Counted from the stretch's first letter, positions 27,568-38,588 are shown. The stretch is DNA of 64,000 nt from an uncultured Clostridia bacterium (GCA_964406735.1 CAYOSU010000001.1:109924-173923); one strand, 5' to 3'. Translations and numbers: made by a program. The notes: generated by a model from the letters alone, not told the origin.

Positions 27568-28719
27568 ATGGAAAAAACGATAATCGTCCGCTATGCGGAG
27601 ATATACCTTAAAGGCAAAAATATAGCCTTTTTTGAGTCGAAATTATTGGAAAATATCAGAAAAGCACTTAACGGAATAGAGTGCAACGTAAAAGCGTCGA
27701 GGTGCAGATATATCGTCAGCGACTTCGATGAGTTTGACGAGGAAGAGATAATCGAGAGACTTCAAAAGGTCTTCGGCATACATTCCCTCAGCTCATGCGT
27801 CGTAGTAAAAAGCGACATCGAGCTTATAGGCAAGACGGCTGCCGAAATAGTCGATTTCACCGGCACTTTCAAGGTAGAGACCAACCGAGCGGACAAGAAG
27901 TTCCCGATGAAGTCCTACGAGGTATCGGCAACGGTCGGCGGCTACGTTTTAGAAAAGCACCCTGACCTTAAAGTAGACGTCAAGCACCCTCAGCATGTCA
28001 TCAACGTAGATATGAGGGAGAACGGCAAGACGTTTATATACGAAAAGGTAATATATTGCGCAGGCGGACTTCCGACGGGATGCTCTGGTAGCGGTGCGCT
28101 TATGCTGTCGGGTGGAATAGATAGTCCCGTCGCAGGCTATATGATAGGGAAGCGAGGTATGACCATACACGGCGTTTATTTCCATAGCTACCCGTATACC
28201 GGTGATCTTGCGAAAGAAAAGGTCAAAAAGCTTGCAGGAATACTCAACGGCTATACGCAAAACTTCGTGCTATATGTCGTTCCGTTCACAAAGATTCAGG
28301 AAGCCATCCACGAAAAGTGCCCTGAAGAACTGATGATAACGCTCATGCGCCGCTTTATGATGAGAATAACGGAAAAGCTCGCAAGAAAGAACAGGGATAT
28401 GTGCATAATAACGGGCGAGAGCTTAGGTCAGGTCGCAAGTCAGACCGTTGAGTCTATAACGGTAACCAATGAAGTAGTAGAAATGCCGGTTTTTCGTCCG
28501 CTTATTGGTATGGACAAGATAGAGATAATCGACGTTGCCAAAAAGATAGGCACGTTTGAGACGTCAAATCTTCCGTATGAGGACTGCTGTACGGTATTTT
28601 TACCCGACCATCCCGTGATAAAGCCCAAAAAAGAGGTCGTATATGCGGCGGAGCAGAACTTAGATATCGATGCGCTCGTAGACGAAGCAGTCGCAAACGT
28701 GGAAAAAATAACGTATTAA
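27568..28719 (+). CDS. thiI: tRNA 4-thiouridine synthase ThiI
   Basis: 383 aa with an N-terminal ferredoxin-like/THUMP region and the PP-loop LSGGIDSPVA. Confidence 0.9.
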   Translation: MEKTIIVRYAEIYLKGKNIAFFESKLLENIRKALNGIECNVKASRCRYIVSDFDEFDEEEIIERLQKVFGIHSLSSCVVVKSDIELIGKTAAEIVDFTGTFKVETNRADKKFPMKSYEVSATVGGYVLEKHPDLKVDVKHPQHVINVDMRENGKTFIYEKVIYCAGGLPTGCSGSGALMLSGGIDSPVAGYMIGKRGMTIHGVYFHSYPYTGDLAKEKVKKLAGILNGYTQNFVLYVVPFTKIQEAIHEKCPEELMITLMRRFMMRITEKLARKNRDMCIITGESLGQVASQTVESITVTNEVVEMPVFRPLIGMDKIEIIDVAKKIGTFETSNLPYEDCCTVFLPDHPVIKPKKEVVYAAEQNLDIDALVDEAVANVEKITY

Positions 28720-28737
28720 AGAAGAATATATGGAAGA

Positions 28738-28764
28738 CCGACGAGGAAACTTGTCGGTTTTTTA
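28738..28764 (+). terminator. Intrinsic terminator
   Basis: ACCGAC-loop-GTCGGT followed by T6. Confidence 0.7.
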
Positions 28765-28894
28765 GTTTCCCAACGTACTTTTTGTCGAAAAACACAGATT
28801 ACCGCAAGATTAACATAATGTATTTGCTATCGATGAAAATTTATGCTATTATAATCTCACGCGTCAAAAACAGATATATTTTACGGAGGTGGAT

Positions 28895-29896
28895 ATGAAA
28901 CTACTTTCAGTTGCAGTTCCGTGCTATAATTCCGCGGCGTATATGGAAAACTGCATAAAAAGTCTTTTAACAGGCGGCGACGAGATAGAGATAATAATAG
29001 TCAACGACGGTTCAAAGGACGATACGGGCGCGATCGCAGAGGGGTATAGAGAGAGGTTCCCCGATACGATCAAGGTAATACATCAAGAAAACAAGGGTCA
29101 TGGCGGTGCGATAAATTCGGCGATCGCCGCAGCAACGGGTAAATATTTCAAGGTGGTGGATTCGGACGATACCGTGAACTCGGAAACGCTTCAGATCGTT
29201 TTGAAAAAGCTGAGAGAAAACGAGCTTGACATGCTCGTTACGAATTATAAATACACACACGAAGATCCGAACGACGACGTAGTGATAAGCTACCGCCGCC
29301 CTTTGCCTTGCAATAGGGTAATAGGCTGGAGGAGCGTCAGATACTTCTCGATCGAGCAGTACTTTACCATTCATTCCGTGCTTTTCAGGACGGAATGTAT
29401 CAGGAAGAGCGGCCTCGTTCTTCCCGAACACGTTTTTTACGAGGACAACGTATTCGTATACGCTGTAATTCCCTATGTCAAAAAGCTGATGTTCATCAAC
29501 AAGGTGCTTTATAATTACACGATTGGAAGAGAGGGACAGTCCGTTCAGGAAGATATCATCGTCAAGAGGTACAAGCACCAGATCCTTGCATCGCAGACGA
29601 TATTCACGATGTATCGCTTAGACGATATAAAGGAGAAAAAGCAAAGGCAGTATATGTACCATACCTGCGTTATGCTTTTGCTCATCGCAACGGTCTTTGC
29701 TCGCCTGAATAGAACGGAGGAGTCCGAAGCAGACGTCAAGGCAATGTGGAAAGCGTGCTACGATTTCGATCCGCCAAAGGCAGAGAGAATAAAGAAATAT
29801 TCCCTCGCGGCGTTCGTCAACTTTGACGGACAAGTAGGTCGTGAGTTCGCAATAAAGCTTTACCGCCTTGCACAGAAAGTCGTGAGGTTCAACTAA
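28895..29896 (+). CDS. Glycosyltransferase family 2
   Basis: The ATG at 28895 lies 5 nt after GGAGG. Motifs are VAVPCYNSAAYMENCI, NDGSKDDT and VDSDD. Confidence 0.8.
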   Translation: MKLLSVAVPCYNSAAYMENCIKSLLTGGDEIEIIIVNDGSKDDTGAIAEGYRERFPDTIKVIHQENKGHGGAINSAIAAATGKYFKVVDSDDTVNSETLQIVLKKLRENELDMLVTNYKYTHEDPNDDVVISYRRPLPCNRVIGWRSVRYFSIEQYFTIHSVLFRTECIRKSGLVLPEHVFYEDNVFVYAVIPYVKKLMFINKVLYNYTIGREGQSVQEDIIVKRYKHQILASQTIFTMYRLDDIKEKKQRQYMYHTCVMLLLIATVFARLNRTEESEADVKAMWKACYDFDPPKAERIKKYSLAAFVNFDGQVGREFAIKLYRLAQKVVRFN

Positions 29897-30996
29897 TGAG
29901 ATACGATTACCTTATTGTCGGTGCAGGTCTTTTCGGTGCGATAGTAGCAAGAGAGCTTACCGATAGCGGCAAAAAGTGCCTTGTCATCGATAGGCGCTAT
30001 CATATCGGCGGCAATGTGTATACCGAAAAGGTCGATGGCGTAAACGTTCATAAATACGGAGCGCATATTTTCCACACTTCGGATAAGAGAGTTTTCGACT
30101 ACGTTTCACGCTATTGCGATATGACCCCTTATCACCATGAGGTCTTGGCAAACTATTGCGGCAAGATGTATCATTTGCCGTTTAATATGACTACGTTTTC
30201 CGAGATGTGGGGAGTAACTACGCCAAAGGAAGCCGAAAGCATAATAAAACAACAGCGTGAGGAGCTTTGCGGAAAAGAGCCCGAGAACCTCGAAGAGCAG
30301 GCGATAACGCTCGTTGGCAGAGATATATACGAAAAGCTCGTCAAGGGCTACACCGAAAAGCAGTGGGGCAAGGATTGCAGGGAGCTACCGCCATTTATTA
30401 TCAAACGTTTGCCGGTGAGATACGAATACAACAACGACTATTTCAACGATCCCTTCGAGGCTATGCCCAAAGACGGCTATACCGAGATGTTCAATAGGCT
30501 TCTTGACGGAATAGAGGTAAGGCTTAACGCAGATTTCAAGGAACTGAAAGAAAGCGGCAAAGTCGAGTACGACAAGGTGATATATACGGGTGCGATCGAT
30601 GAATATTACGACTTTTGCTTGGGAAAACTCGAGTATAGAACGGTTCGCTTCGATACTAAGGTGGTAGATTCTGAAAGCTATCAGGAGGCGGCGGTAGTAA
30701 ATTATACATCGAGAGATGTTCCTTATACGAGGATAATCGAGCATAGGAAGTTTGACGGCAACGGCAAGGACAAAACTGTCGTGTCGTTCGAGTATTCTAA
30801 GAGCTTTGAGGAGGGCGACGAGCCGTATTATCCCGTGAACGACGAGAAAAACAATGCGCTGTACGAAAAATATAAGGAGCTTTCTGAAAAGGATGGCAAC
30901 GTAATTTTCGGCGGCAGGCTCGGAGAATATAAGTATTACGATATGGATAAGGTAGTTGCGTCTGCGCTCAAGCTTTGCGACGAACTTAAAAAATAA
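29896..30996 (+). CDS. glf: UDP-galactopyranose mutase
   Basis: 366 aa with FAD motif YLIVGAGLFGA and HKYGAHIFHT. The start overlaps the GT2 stop. Confidence 0.9.
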   Translation: MRYDYLIVGAGLFGAIVARELTDSGKKCLVIDRRYHIGGNVYTEKVDGVNVHKYGAHIFHTSDKRVFDYVSRYCDMTPYHHEVLANYCGKMYHLPFNMTTFSEMWGVTTPKEAESIIKQQREELCGKEPENLEEQAITLVGRDIYEKLVKGYTEKQWGKDCRELPPFIIKRLPVRYEYNNDYFNDPFEAMPKDGYTEMFNRLLDGIEVRLNADFKELKESGKVEYDKVIYTGAIDEYYDFCLGKLEYRTVRFDTKVVDSESYQEAAVVNYTSRDVPYTRIIEHRKFDGNGKDKTVVSFEYSKSFEEGDEPYYPVNDEKNNALYEKYKELSEKDGNVIFGGRLGEYKYYDMDKVVASALKLCDELKK

Positions 30997-31119
30997 AGCC
31001 AAATAAAAATAGTATGCGGAAAGGCGAGAGTCTTTCCGCTTTTCGTTGCGGCTTTTTATTGACTAAAATCACTTCGTTTAGTAAAATATAGGTAAATATC
31101 AAAAGAATTAGGATCAAAA

Positions 31120-33009
31120 ATGCTTTTCAACATCGACAATGGACGGTTTTATTTTGAGGATATGCTCATTTTGTCTGACATAAGCGTTTCGCTTGCGGAC
31201 GACGACAGAGTGGGATTGATAGGGGAGAACGGATCGGGGAAAACGACGCTCCTCAATATCCTCATGGGAAAATACGAGCTTGACGATGGCACGCTGTCCA
31301 AAAAACGGGGAATGACGGTCGGCTACTTGGAACAGAATTCTACGTTCGAGTCCGACAAAACCGTTATAGAGGAAATGCGCTTGTGCTTTGCCGATATCCT
31401 GCGTCTTGAAGAGCGTATGCGCGAGATAGAGACTATTCTTCCCAAGGTCGAGGTTGACGGTATAGAGTACCGCCGCCTGACAAACGAGTATTCCGAGGCA
31501 AAAAAACGCTTCGAGGGTCTTGACGGTTACAACGTAGACGTCAAGATAAAGACCGTTCTCAACGGAATGGGCTTTTTGGGACAGTACGATAGAGTATGCT
31601 CGACCTTTTCGGGCGGTGAAAAGACGAGACTTGCGCTTTCAAGGCTTCTTTTGAAAAACCCAGAGCTTCTGATACTCGACGAACCGACGAACCACCTTGA
31701 TTTTTCAACCCTTTATTGGCTCGAAGATTATCTTGCGACCTATAAGGGAGCGATATTGACGGTTTCGCACGACAGGTCGTTCTTAGATAAGGTTACGGAA
31801 AAGACGTGGGAACTTAAAAATACGAAGCTCACGGTATGGCGTGGGAATTATACGAAATATAAGCAGCTCAAGGACGAGTGGATCGCCTCGACGAAAAAGG
31901 AGTACGAAAAACAGCAGGTACAGATAGCCGATATGAAAGACTACGTTGCGAGAAATCTCGTGCGTGCAACCACGGCGAAATCTGCGCTCAGCAGAGTAAA
32001 AAAGCTTGAGTCGATGGAGATCATTGAGAAGCCCGACGAGAGAGTGTCAACACCGACGTTCGTGTTTGAAAAGGCGATAGACCCGACCAAAGAGGTAGTG
32101 AAGATAAACGGTCTTGACCTGTCGGCAGGTGAAAAAAAGCTTATTCACGGCGGAGAAATGCTCGTTTTGCGCGGCGAAAAGGTCGGCATAATAGGAGAGA
32201 ACGGCGCAGGCAAATCAACGCTTTTGAAGCGTATTTTGTCGTCGTTCGGGACGTACGAGGACGTCATAACGTTCGGCAAGAACGTCTCCATATCATACTA
32301 CGATCAGGAAAACGTCAACTTGAACTTCGAAGCGAGCGTTCGGGGCGAGATGTGGGATAAGTTCCCCCGAAGCACCGAATATGACATAAGGCGTGCGCTC
32401 GGCAGGATGCTCTTTACAGACGAGGATATGGGAAAGAAGATCTCGTCGCTTTCGGGCGGAGAGAGGGCAAAGCTCGGGTTCGCCGAGATGATGATGAAAA
32501 AGTCAAATCTTTTGATACTCGATGAGCCGACTAACCATATAGACCTTGCCGCACGGGAAAGCTTAGAGGATGCGCTTAAAAATTTTGACGGCACGGTCAT
32601 ATTCGTGTCGCACGACAGATATTTTTTGGAAAGCGTAGCCGACAAGCTGTATGCGATAGAAAACGGCGAGCTTTGCGAATATAAAATGAAATTTTCTGCC
32701 TATATGACGCAGAAAAAGAGCGTAGAAAAGGCGGAAGATGCGTCGCTTGAAGCTAGAACCAAGGAGAAAAAACAGGGCAATTATCGCGATTCAAAGGCTC
32801 GCAGCGAGGAAGTAAAGCGCAAGAACGCCTTAAAGACAGTAGAAGAGGAGATCGCAATGCTTGAAGAAAGGCAGAGCGAGCTGTCAAACGAGATGCAACG
32901 CCCCGACGTTGCGAGTGATTACACAAAACTCAAACCCGTTTTGGACGAAACGGAGAAAAATAAACAAAGGCTTGACGAGCTTTACGAGCTGTGGGAGAGC
33001 CTGTCATAA
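31120..33009 (+). CDS. ABC-F family ATPase (two ATP-binding cassettes, no membrane domain)
   Basis: 629 aa with two Walker A motifs (GENGSGKTT, GENGAGKST), two LSGGE signatures, and a charged C-terminal coiled-coil tail. Confidence 0.85.
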   Translation: MLFNIDNGRFYFEDMLILSDISVSLADDDRVGLIGENGSGKTTLLNILMGKYELDDGTLSKKRGMTVGYLEQNSTFESDKTVIEEMRLCFADILRLEERMREIETILPKVEVDGIEYRRLTNEYSEAKKRFEGLDGYNVDVKIKTVLNGMGFLGQYDRVCSTFSGGEKTRLALSRLLLKNPELLILDEPTNHLDFSTLYWLEDYLATYKGAILTVSHDRSFLDKVTEKTWELKNTKLTVWRGNYTKYKQLKDEWIASTKKEYEKQQVQIADMKDYVARNLVRATTAKSALSRVKKLESMEIIEKPDERVSTPTFVFEKAIDPTKEVVKINGLDLSAGEKKLIHGGEMLVLRGEKVGIIGENGAGKSTLLKRILSSFGTYEDVITFGKNVSISYYDQENVNLNFEASVRGEMWDKFPRSTEYDIRRALGRMLFTDEDMGKKISSLSGGERAKLGFAEMMMKKSNLLILDEPTNHIDLAARESLEDALKNFDGTVIFVSHDRYFLESVADKLYAIENGELCEYKMKFSAYMTQKKSVEKAEDASLEARTKEKKQGNYRDSKARSEEVKRKNALKTVEEEIAMLEERQSELSNEMQRPDVASDYTKLKPVLDETEKNKQRLDELYELWESLS

Positions 33010-33023
33010 GAAAGGAGAAGAAT

Positions 33024-33971
33024 ATGAAAGATCTGTACGTAGGAATTGACCTTGGCGGTACGTTTATCAAGTGTGGTATAGTTACCAAAGAGGGTGAAGT
33101 GTTGATAAAAGGTCAGACCCCGACCGAGGTGGAAAAAGGCTTGGACGGCGTTTTAGCGAATATCGTCGGCATAATGAGAAAACAGCTTGGCGAGATAGAT
33201 CGCAGTGAGGAAGACGTTGTTGCGATGGGATTCGGAGTTCCCGGAATCGTTGACGAGGATTTTACCGTCATCGAGGCAACGAACCTTGGCTGGCATAGCG
33301 AGAATGTCGTAGAGAGAATGAAGACGCTTACGTCCGTTCCCGTGAAATTAGGCAACGACGCAGACGTAGCGGCGCTTGGCGAAGTAAAATTCGGCGTGGC
33401 GAAGGGTATGAAGTCTGCGTTCATGATAACGCTCGGCACGGGAGTAGGTAGCGGCATCATAATAAACGGCAAAATATTCAGCGGCAACCACGGTTGCGGA
33501 GGCGAAATAGGGCACACCGTGCTCCATAAAGACGGCGAGCAGTGCAACTGCGGACAAAAGGGCTGCGTAGAAGCATACCTTTCGGCTACAGCACTCAAAA
33601 AGTTTGCACAAAGAGCTATGAACGACAACCCCGACACCAAGCTTTGGGAAAGAGCGAAGAGCGTTGACGAAGTGACAGCAAAGGACGTTCTTGACCTTTC
33701 AGAAGAGGATGAGACGTGCAAAAAGCTCACCTGCGACTATATTGAAAATCTGTTCGACCTTTGCCTTAATTTGGCGAACGGATTTAGACCAGAAGCGATC
33801 ATTTTAGGCGGCGGCGTATCCCTTGCGGGCGAAAAGCTCACGAAGCCCTTGCAGGCAAAGCTCGACGACAAGATATTTGCAAAGGCTCATACGCCCAAAG
33901 TTAAGATACTTTCGGCAAAGCTCGGCAACGACGCGGGATTCGTCGGAGCGGCGAGCCTTTGTATAGAATAA
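33024..33971 (+). CDS. glcK: ROK-family glucokinase
   Basis: The start MKDLYVGIDLGGT follows AAAGGAG. The ROK zinc motif GHTVLHKDGEQCNCGQKGCVEAY is present. Confidence 0.75.
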   Translation: MKDLYVGIDLGGTFIKCGIVTKEGEVLIKGQTPTEVEKGLDGVLANIVGIMRKQLGEIDRSEEDVVAMGFGVPGIVDEDFTVIEATNLGWHSENVVERMKTLTSVPVKLGNDADVAALGEVKFGVAKGMKSAFMITLGTGVGSGIIINGKIFSGNHGCGGEIGHTVLHKDGEQCNCGQKGCVEAYLSATALKKFAQRAMNDNPDTKLWERAKSVDEVTAKDVLDLSEEDETCKKLTCDYIENLFDLCLNLANGFRPEAIILGGGVSLAGEKLTKPLQAKLDDKIFAKAHTPKVKILSAKLGNDAGFVGAASLCIE

Positions 33972-33981
33972 ATAAAAACAC

Positions 33982-34007
33982 AAAACGGCTTTTTACGAGC
34001 CGTTTTT
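33982..34007 (+). terminator. Intrinsic terminator
   Basis: AAAACGGCT-loop-AGCCGTTTT followed by T-rich sequence. Confidence 0.8.
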
Positions 34008-34074
34008 GTTTGCTTTACGCACTATTTAGGAGTAAAATATTAAAGAAAGAAAGTTTTGGAGTAAATAAAGATCG

Positions 34075-35487
34075 ATGAGCGGAGAGAAATTATTCAATTT
34101 AATAATAAACCCCGAAAAGGTGTTGAAAGGCAGAGCGCTCGGCGAAGTACCGTCTTCTCGTGAGATAGTGGGGAATACCGTCAAAATGGCGTGGCCGACG
34201 GTCGTAGACAGCTTTTTGTCTGCGATAGTCTCATTTGTCGATATGGCGATGGTGTCTGAGCTCGGCACGACGGCAATATCTGCGATAGGTCTTACAACTC
34301 AGCCCCGCTTTATCATGCTTGCATTTTTCCTTTCCCTCAACGTTGCGGTAACCGCAGTCGTTGCAAGGCGCTTTGGACAGGGAGACAGAGAAAGTGCGAA
34401 CGCTTGCCTGCATCAAGTGCTGTCGATAGGTCTTGTTATGGGTATAGTGCTTTCGCTTTTAAGCATCCGCTACGCCGAGTGGTTCGTGACGCTTGCAGGC
34501 GCAAAAGAAGATACGGTCGCTGACGCAACGTTATACTTTCAGACGATAATGACCGCATTTTTGTTCAGCGGCTTAACCTTAACGATAAACGCCGCCCAGC
34601 GAGGTGTGGGAAAAACCCGCATAAGCATGTGGACCAACCTTGTCTCGAACGGAGTCAATATAGTGTTCAACTACCTGCTTATCGAGGGACACTTCGGCTT
34701 CCCGAGGCTTGAAGTATACGGAGCGGCGCTCGCTTCTGCGATAGGTATGTGCGTCGGCTTTGTCGTAGCGGTCATATCGCTTCTTCGCAGGAACGGCTAT
34801 TTGAGGTTAAAAGTCTCAAAGCTTTTCCACTTCACCAAAGCAACGATGTCTGCACTTGGAAAGGTATGGTGGAGCGCGGCAGTCGAACAGCTCTTTTTGA
34901 GGATTGGCTTTTTCATCTTTGCGGCGATAGTGGCAAACCTCGGAACGGATACCTTTGCGATACATAACGTCGGTATGAACATAATGACACTGTCCTTTGC
35001 ACTCGGCGACGGACTTTCCGTTGCGGCAAGTGCACTCATCGGTCAAAACCTCGGAAGAGGCAGAAGCGACCTTTCAGAGGTATACGGAAAAACGTGCAGA
35101 CGCATAGGTCTTATCTTCTCGATAATACTTATTATAATCTTCGTTACGCTCGGCGACCAGATATTCGGTATATTCATAAAAGAACGCCCCGACTTAGCGG
35201 ATCAAGGCTCCGTCATAATGGACTTTGCCGCCGTAATAACCGCATTGCAGATAGCTTCCGTAATATATACGGGCGCACTGAGAGGCGCAGGCGACGTCAG
35301 GTTCGTTGCCATACTTATGATGGTGTGCGTTGCGATAATCCGTCCGACTCTTGCATATGTATTCGGCTTCGTATTGGACTGGGGCTTATACGGCATTTGG
35401 GGAACGTTCTTGCTCGATCAGGCGCTTAGGTGTATACTTTCGATGATTCGTTTCAATAAGGGCAAGTGGAAGACCATAAAGGTATGA
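34075..35487 (+). CDS. MATE family efflux transporter
   Basis: 470 aa with about 12 predicted TM helices and a typical MATE N-terminus (W P x x x x x x L x x x V D x x M V). Confidence 0.8.
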   Translation: MSGEKLFNLIINPEKVLKGRALGEVPSSREIVGNTVKMAWPTVVDSFLSAIVSFVDMAMVSELGTTAISAIGLTTQPRFIMLAFFLSLNVAVTAVVARRFGQGDRESANACLHQVLSIGLVMGIVLSLLSIRYAEWFVTLAGAKEDTVADATLYFQTIMTAFLFSGLTLTINAAQRGVGKTRISMWTNLVSNGVNIVFNYLLIEGHFGFPRLEVYGAALASAIGMCVGFVVAVISLLRRNGYLRLKVSKLFHFTKATMSALGKVWWSAAVEQLFLRIGFFIFAAIVANLGTDTFAIHNVGMNIMTLSFALGDGLSVAASALIGQNLGRGRSDLSEVYGKTCRRIGLIFSIILIIIFVTLGDQIFGIFIKERPDLADQGSVIMDFAAVITALQIASVIYTGALRGAGDVRFVAILMMVCVAIIRPTLAYVFGFVLDWGLYGIWGTFLLDQALRCILSMIRFNKGKWKTIKV

Positions 35488-35537
35488 CACAAATCCGTTT
35501 TTATAAGACACAATAGCTAAATAACAAACTACGAAAG

Positions 35538-35571
35538 CGCACTCTTTCAGGGAATGAGAGAGTGCGTTTTT
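35538..35571 (+). terminator. Intrinsic terminator
   Basis: CGCACTCT ... AGAGTGCG followed by a T-run. Confidence 0.7.
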
Positions 35572-35695
35572 ATTATTCAAATAGTTCCAAAAATAGCGAT
35601 TTGAGAAATAATAAGGTTTTTTATGAATTTGTTCACAAAAGCCAAACAAATTGATAAATTTTACCGATTTTGGCCTACAATTTTTGATTAACCTA

Positions 35696-35724
35696 TTTAC
35701 AAAAGGATAAAAATAAGGTAGAAT
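35696..35724 (+). promoter_or_regulatory. Putative sigma-A promoter of the rnf operon
   Basis: TTTACA, a 17-nt spacer, then TAGAAT. Confidence 0.5.
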
Positions 35725-35755
35725 GAAATGGAGCAAGTGCAGGAGGTAAGCAACG

Positions 35756-37042
35756 TTGTCTCAAAAAGGAAACACCTTCAGGAGGGGAATACACCCTCCC
35801 GATAAGAAAGAATTGACCAAAGATCTGCCCGTTTGCGTAATGCCCGAAACGAGCGATTATTACGTTTCGATGTCGGCGCATATAGGCGCTCCCGCAACGT
35901 GCATAGTCGCAGTCGGCGACGTAGTAAAAGAAGGTCAGCTTATTGCCGAAAACAAGGCAAGGCTTGGCTCAAACGTTTTTTCTCCCGTAGCAGGAGTAGT
36001 CGTCGGAATAGAGAAGAGAAAAACGGCAAACGGCGGTAAAGCCGAAACGATACACATAAAAGCCGAGGGCGAAGGAAAGGTAACACTTCCTCCTATTGGA
36101 GAGATAACCAAGGACAGTATCCTTAGGCGCATAGAAGAAGCAGGCATCGTCGGACTTGGCGGAGCAGGCTTCCCCGCTCACTTCAAGGATAAGCCGAGAA
36201 CGCCGTGCGATGCACTGCTTATTAACGGTGCAGAGTGCGAGCCGTACTTGACGTGCGACGATAGACTCATGGTCGAGTACGCAGACAAGGTTGCCAAGGG
36301 CATAAAGTACCTTGAAACAGCGGTCGGAGCTACGAAGGTAGTCGTTGGAATAGAGGACAATAAGCCCGAAGCCATCGAAAAGATGAGAGCACAGGGCTTA
36401 GAGGTCGTCGTACTTCCGAAAAAATATCCGCAAGGCGCAGAGAAGATGCTCGTATACGCCTGCCTTAACAGGGTGGTTCCTGCAGGCGGACTTCCGTCCG
36501 ATGTTGGCGTAGTCGTCCACAACGTAGCGACTGCATACGCTGTCTATGACGCTGTGGAAAACGGCGAGCCGCTTTATAAGCGAATCGTAACGGTAAGCGG
36601 CAAGGGCGTTGAAAGACCTTGCAATATGTGGGTCAGGAACGGAACGCTTCACGAGGATATACTTAAATATTGCGGCATAAAGGACGAGACCGTAGCCCTT
36701 ATTTCGGGCGGCCCGATGATGGGACACGCCTTAGAGGGAATGACGGCGTCTACGACGAAAGCGGAGTCAGGTATACTTGCTCTCACCGAGGACGAGGTAG
36801 ATATATTCGAGCCTACGCATTGCATTTTCTGCGGAAGCTGTGCAAGGGCGTGCCCGATGTCGTTGATGCCGATGTATATTGATTTCTACGCTCACGCAAG
36901 AAAGACGGATGAAGCGATAAAATATGGCGCACTCAATTGTATGGAATGCGGCTCGTGCGCATACGTATGCCCTGCGGAACGCCCGATAGTGCAGAGTGTA
37001 AGACTTGTAAAAATTAAAGCGAGGGAGGAAAATAAAAAATGA
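35756..37042 (+). CDS. rnfC: Rnf electron transport complex subunit C
   Basis: TTG start 9 nt after AGGAGG. Motifs are GLGGAGFP and two 4Fe-4S clusters, CIFCGSCARACP and CMECGSCAYVCP. Confidence 0.92.
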   Translation: MSQKGNTFRRGIHPPDKKELTKDLPVCVMPETSDYYVSMSAHIGAPATCIVAVGDVVKEGQLIAENKARLGSNVFSPVAGVVVGIEKRKTANGGKAETIHIKAEGEGKVTLPPIGEITKDSILRRIEEAGIVGLGGAGFPAHFKDKPRTPCDALLINGAECEPYLTCDDRLMVEYADKVAKGIKYLETAVGATKVVVGIEDNKPEAIEKMRAQGLEVVVLPKKYPQGAEKMLVYACLNRVVPAGGLPSDVGVVVHNVATAYAVYDAVENGEPLYKRIVTVSGKGVERPCNMWVRNGTLHEDILKYCGIKDETVALISGGPMMGHALEGMTASTTKAESGILALTEDEVDIFEPTHCIFCGSCARACPMSLMPMYIDFYAHARKTDEAIKYGALNCMECGSCAYVCPAERPIVQSVRLVKIKAREENKK

Positions 37043-38058
37043 AACTTGAATATTCAGGCTCCCCTCATATAAAAAACAAACGCACGACGAAAGGCATAAT
37101 GCTCGACGTTTGCATATCGCTTATCCCTGCGATAGTCGCTTCCGTCGTATACTTCGGCGCAAGATCGCTTGCCATAATAGCAATTTCTGCGATAGCGTGC
37201 GTACTTTCGGAGTTCGTATATAAATTAGCCGTCAAAAAGGACGTCGCTACGATATTAAAGGAGTTCGACTTCACGAGCCTTGTTACGGGAATATTACTTG
37301 GATTAAATATGCCTCCCATCGAGCTTTCGACGGGCTGGTATATACCGCTTATTTCAGGCATATTTGCGATAGTAGTAGTCAAGATGCTGTTCGGCGGAAC
37401 GGGCTGCAATATAGTCAATCCCGCGATCGCAGGCAGAGTATTTGCGCTTATGAGCTTCACAATGGTGATGACTCAAAGCTATTCTCTTCCCAATATCGAA
37501 GCGCTTGGCGGTGCGGTAACGGGCGCAAGCGTAACGACTGGCGCAACTCCGCTGACCGAGATGTTGAATACGGGAACTTTAGAGGGGCTTTCCAAGCTCA
37601 ATATGACCAGCCTTGACCTTTTGCTCGGAACGGGCGTTGCGGGATGCATAGGCGAGACCTGCAAAATAGCGTTAATATTTGGTGGAATATACCTTTGCGT
37701 AAGAGGTGTGTTAAATCCTCTTTATCCGCTGATATACGTCGCCGTAACGGGACTTTTTACCGTCGCATTGAATGGCTTTGACTTCACGACGTTCATTCCG
37801 TCGATACTCTCCGGCGGACTCATCTTAGGTGCAATATTCATGGCGACAGACTACGTAACCACCCCGACGAGCTTTATTGGCAACGTAGTCTACTTCGTGC
37901 TGTTGGGACTTATTACGGCAGGGCTCAGGTTTGCGTGCAAGATGGAGGTAGTCTCTTTTGCGATACTTCTTTGCAATCTCGTCGTTCCCTTGATCGACAA
38001 GTTCATTTATCCAAGACCGTTTGGCTTTGTAAAAAAAGATAAGGGAGGAAAGGCGTAA
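37039..38058 (+). CDS. rnfD: Rnf complex subunit D
   Basis: 339-aa polytopic membrane protein of the NqrB/RnfD family, with the GATPL motif. It overlaps rnfC by 4 nt. Confidence 0.9.
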   Translation: MKLEYSGSPHIKNKRTTKGIMLDVCISLIPAIVASVVYFGARSLAIIAISAIACVLSEFVYKLAVKKDVATILKEFDFTSLVTGILLGLNMPPIELSTGWYIPLISGIFAIVVVKMLFGGTGCNIVNPAIAGRVFALMSFTMVMTQSYSLPNIEALGGAVTGASVTTGATPLTEMLNTGTLEGLSKLNMTSLDLLLGTGVAGCIGETCKIALIFGGIYLCVRGVLNPLYPLIYVAVTGLFTVALNGFDFTTFIPSILSGGLILGAIFMATDYVTTPTSFIGNVVYFVLLGLITAGLRFACKMEVVSFAILLCNLVVPLIDKFIYPRPFGFVKKDKGGKA

Positions 38059-38588
38059 TGAAAGGCAACAAAAATTCTTCCTTGAATTGCATCGTTGTTC
38101 TCTTCGTGATAGCGGTGGTGTGTGTTGCACTGCTTGGCATGCTCAACGATCTTCTTTACGTTCCGCCAGATATGTCCGTTTTCAATAAGGCGGCAAGCGG
38201 CTCCTACGAGGAGATTGCGGTCGAAAGCATATCCCTTTCCTACGGCAAAGTAGAAGTGGCTGTTGACGGCACGCTCGATAGCGGCGAAAAAGTCCTCGGC
38301 TTATACGTTACGGGTAACAAGTCGGGGAAATCGGATAGCTTCTCACTCGCAGTAATAATCAGGAGAGCAGATAATAAAATCGTCGGCATATACGAGATAA
38401 CGGACGGCTCGACGGGCGGCTACGCTTGGGATGAGAGCAAGTTGAGTGCGGCGATAGACACTGACATAACCTCGTCCGATTATCTTGCGATGGACGGACT
38501 TGTACAGACGGGCACGACCAATTCGTCAAGCGCCGTCAAGAATGCGATAATGACTGCTGCAGAGTATTATGCGGCGATAAATAAATAA
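38058..38588 (+). CDS. rnfG: Rnf complex subunit G
   Basis: 176 aa with a single N-terminal TM, in the expected position within the rnfCDGEAB order. Confidence 0.8.
   Translation: MKGNKNSSLNCIVVLFVIAVVCVALLGMLNDLLYVPPDMSVFNKAASGSYEEIAVESISLSYGKVEVAVDGTLDSGEKVLGLYVTGNKSGKSDSFSLAVIIRRADNKIVGIYEITDGSTGGYAWDESKLSAAIDTDITSSDYLAMDGLVQTGTTNSSSAVKNAIMTAAEYYAAINK

Noticed and set aside
28783-28789. Spo0A-box-like heptamers TGTCGAA (also near 7976 and inside mnmE near 12607)
   Set aside because: A 7-mer is expected by chance several times in 64 kb on two strands. The occurrences show no clustering or consistent promoter placement.
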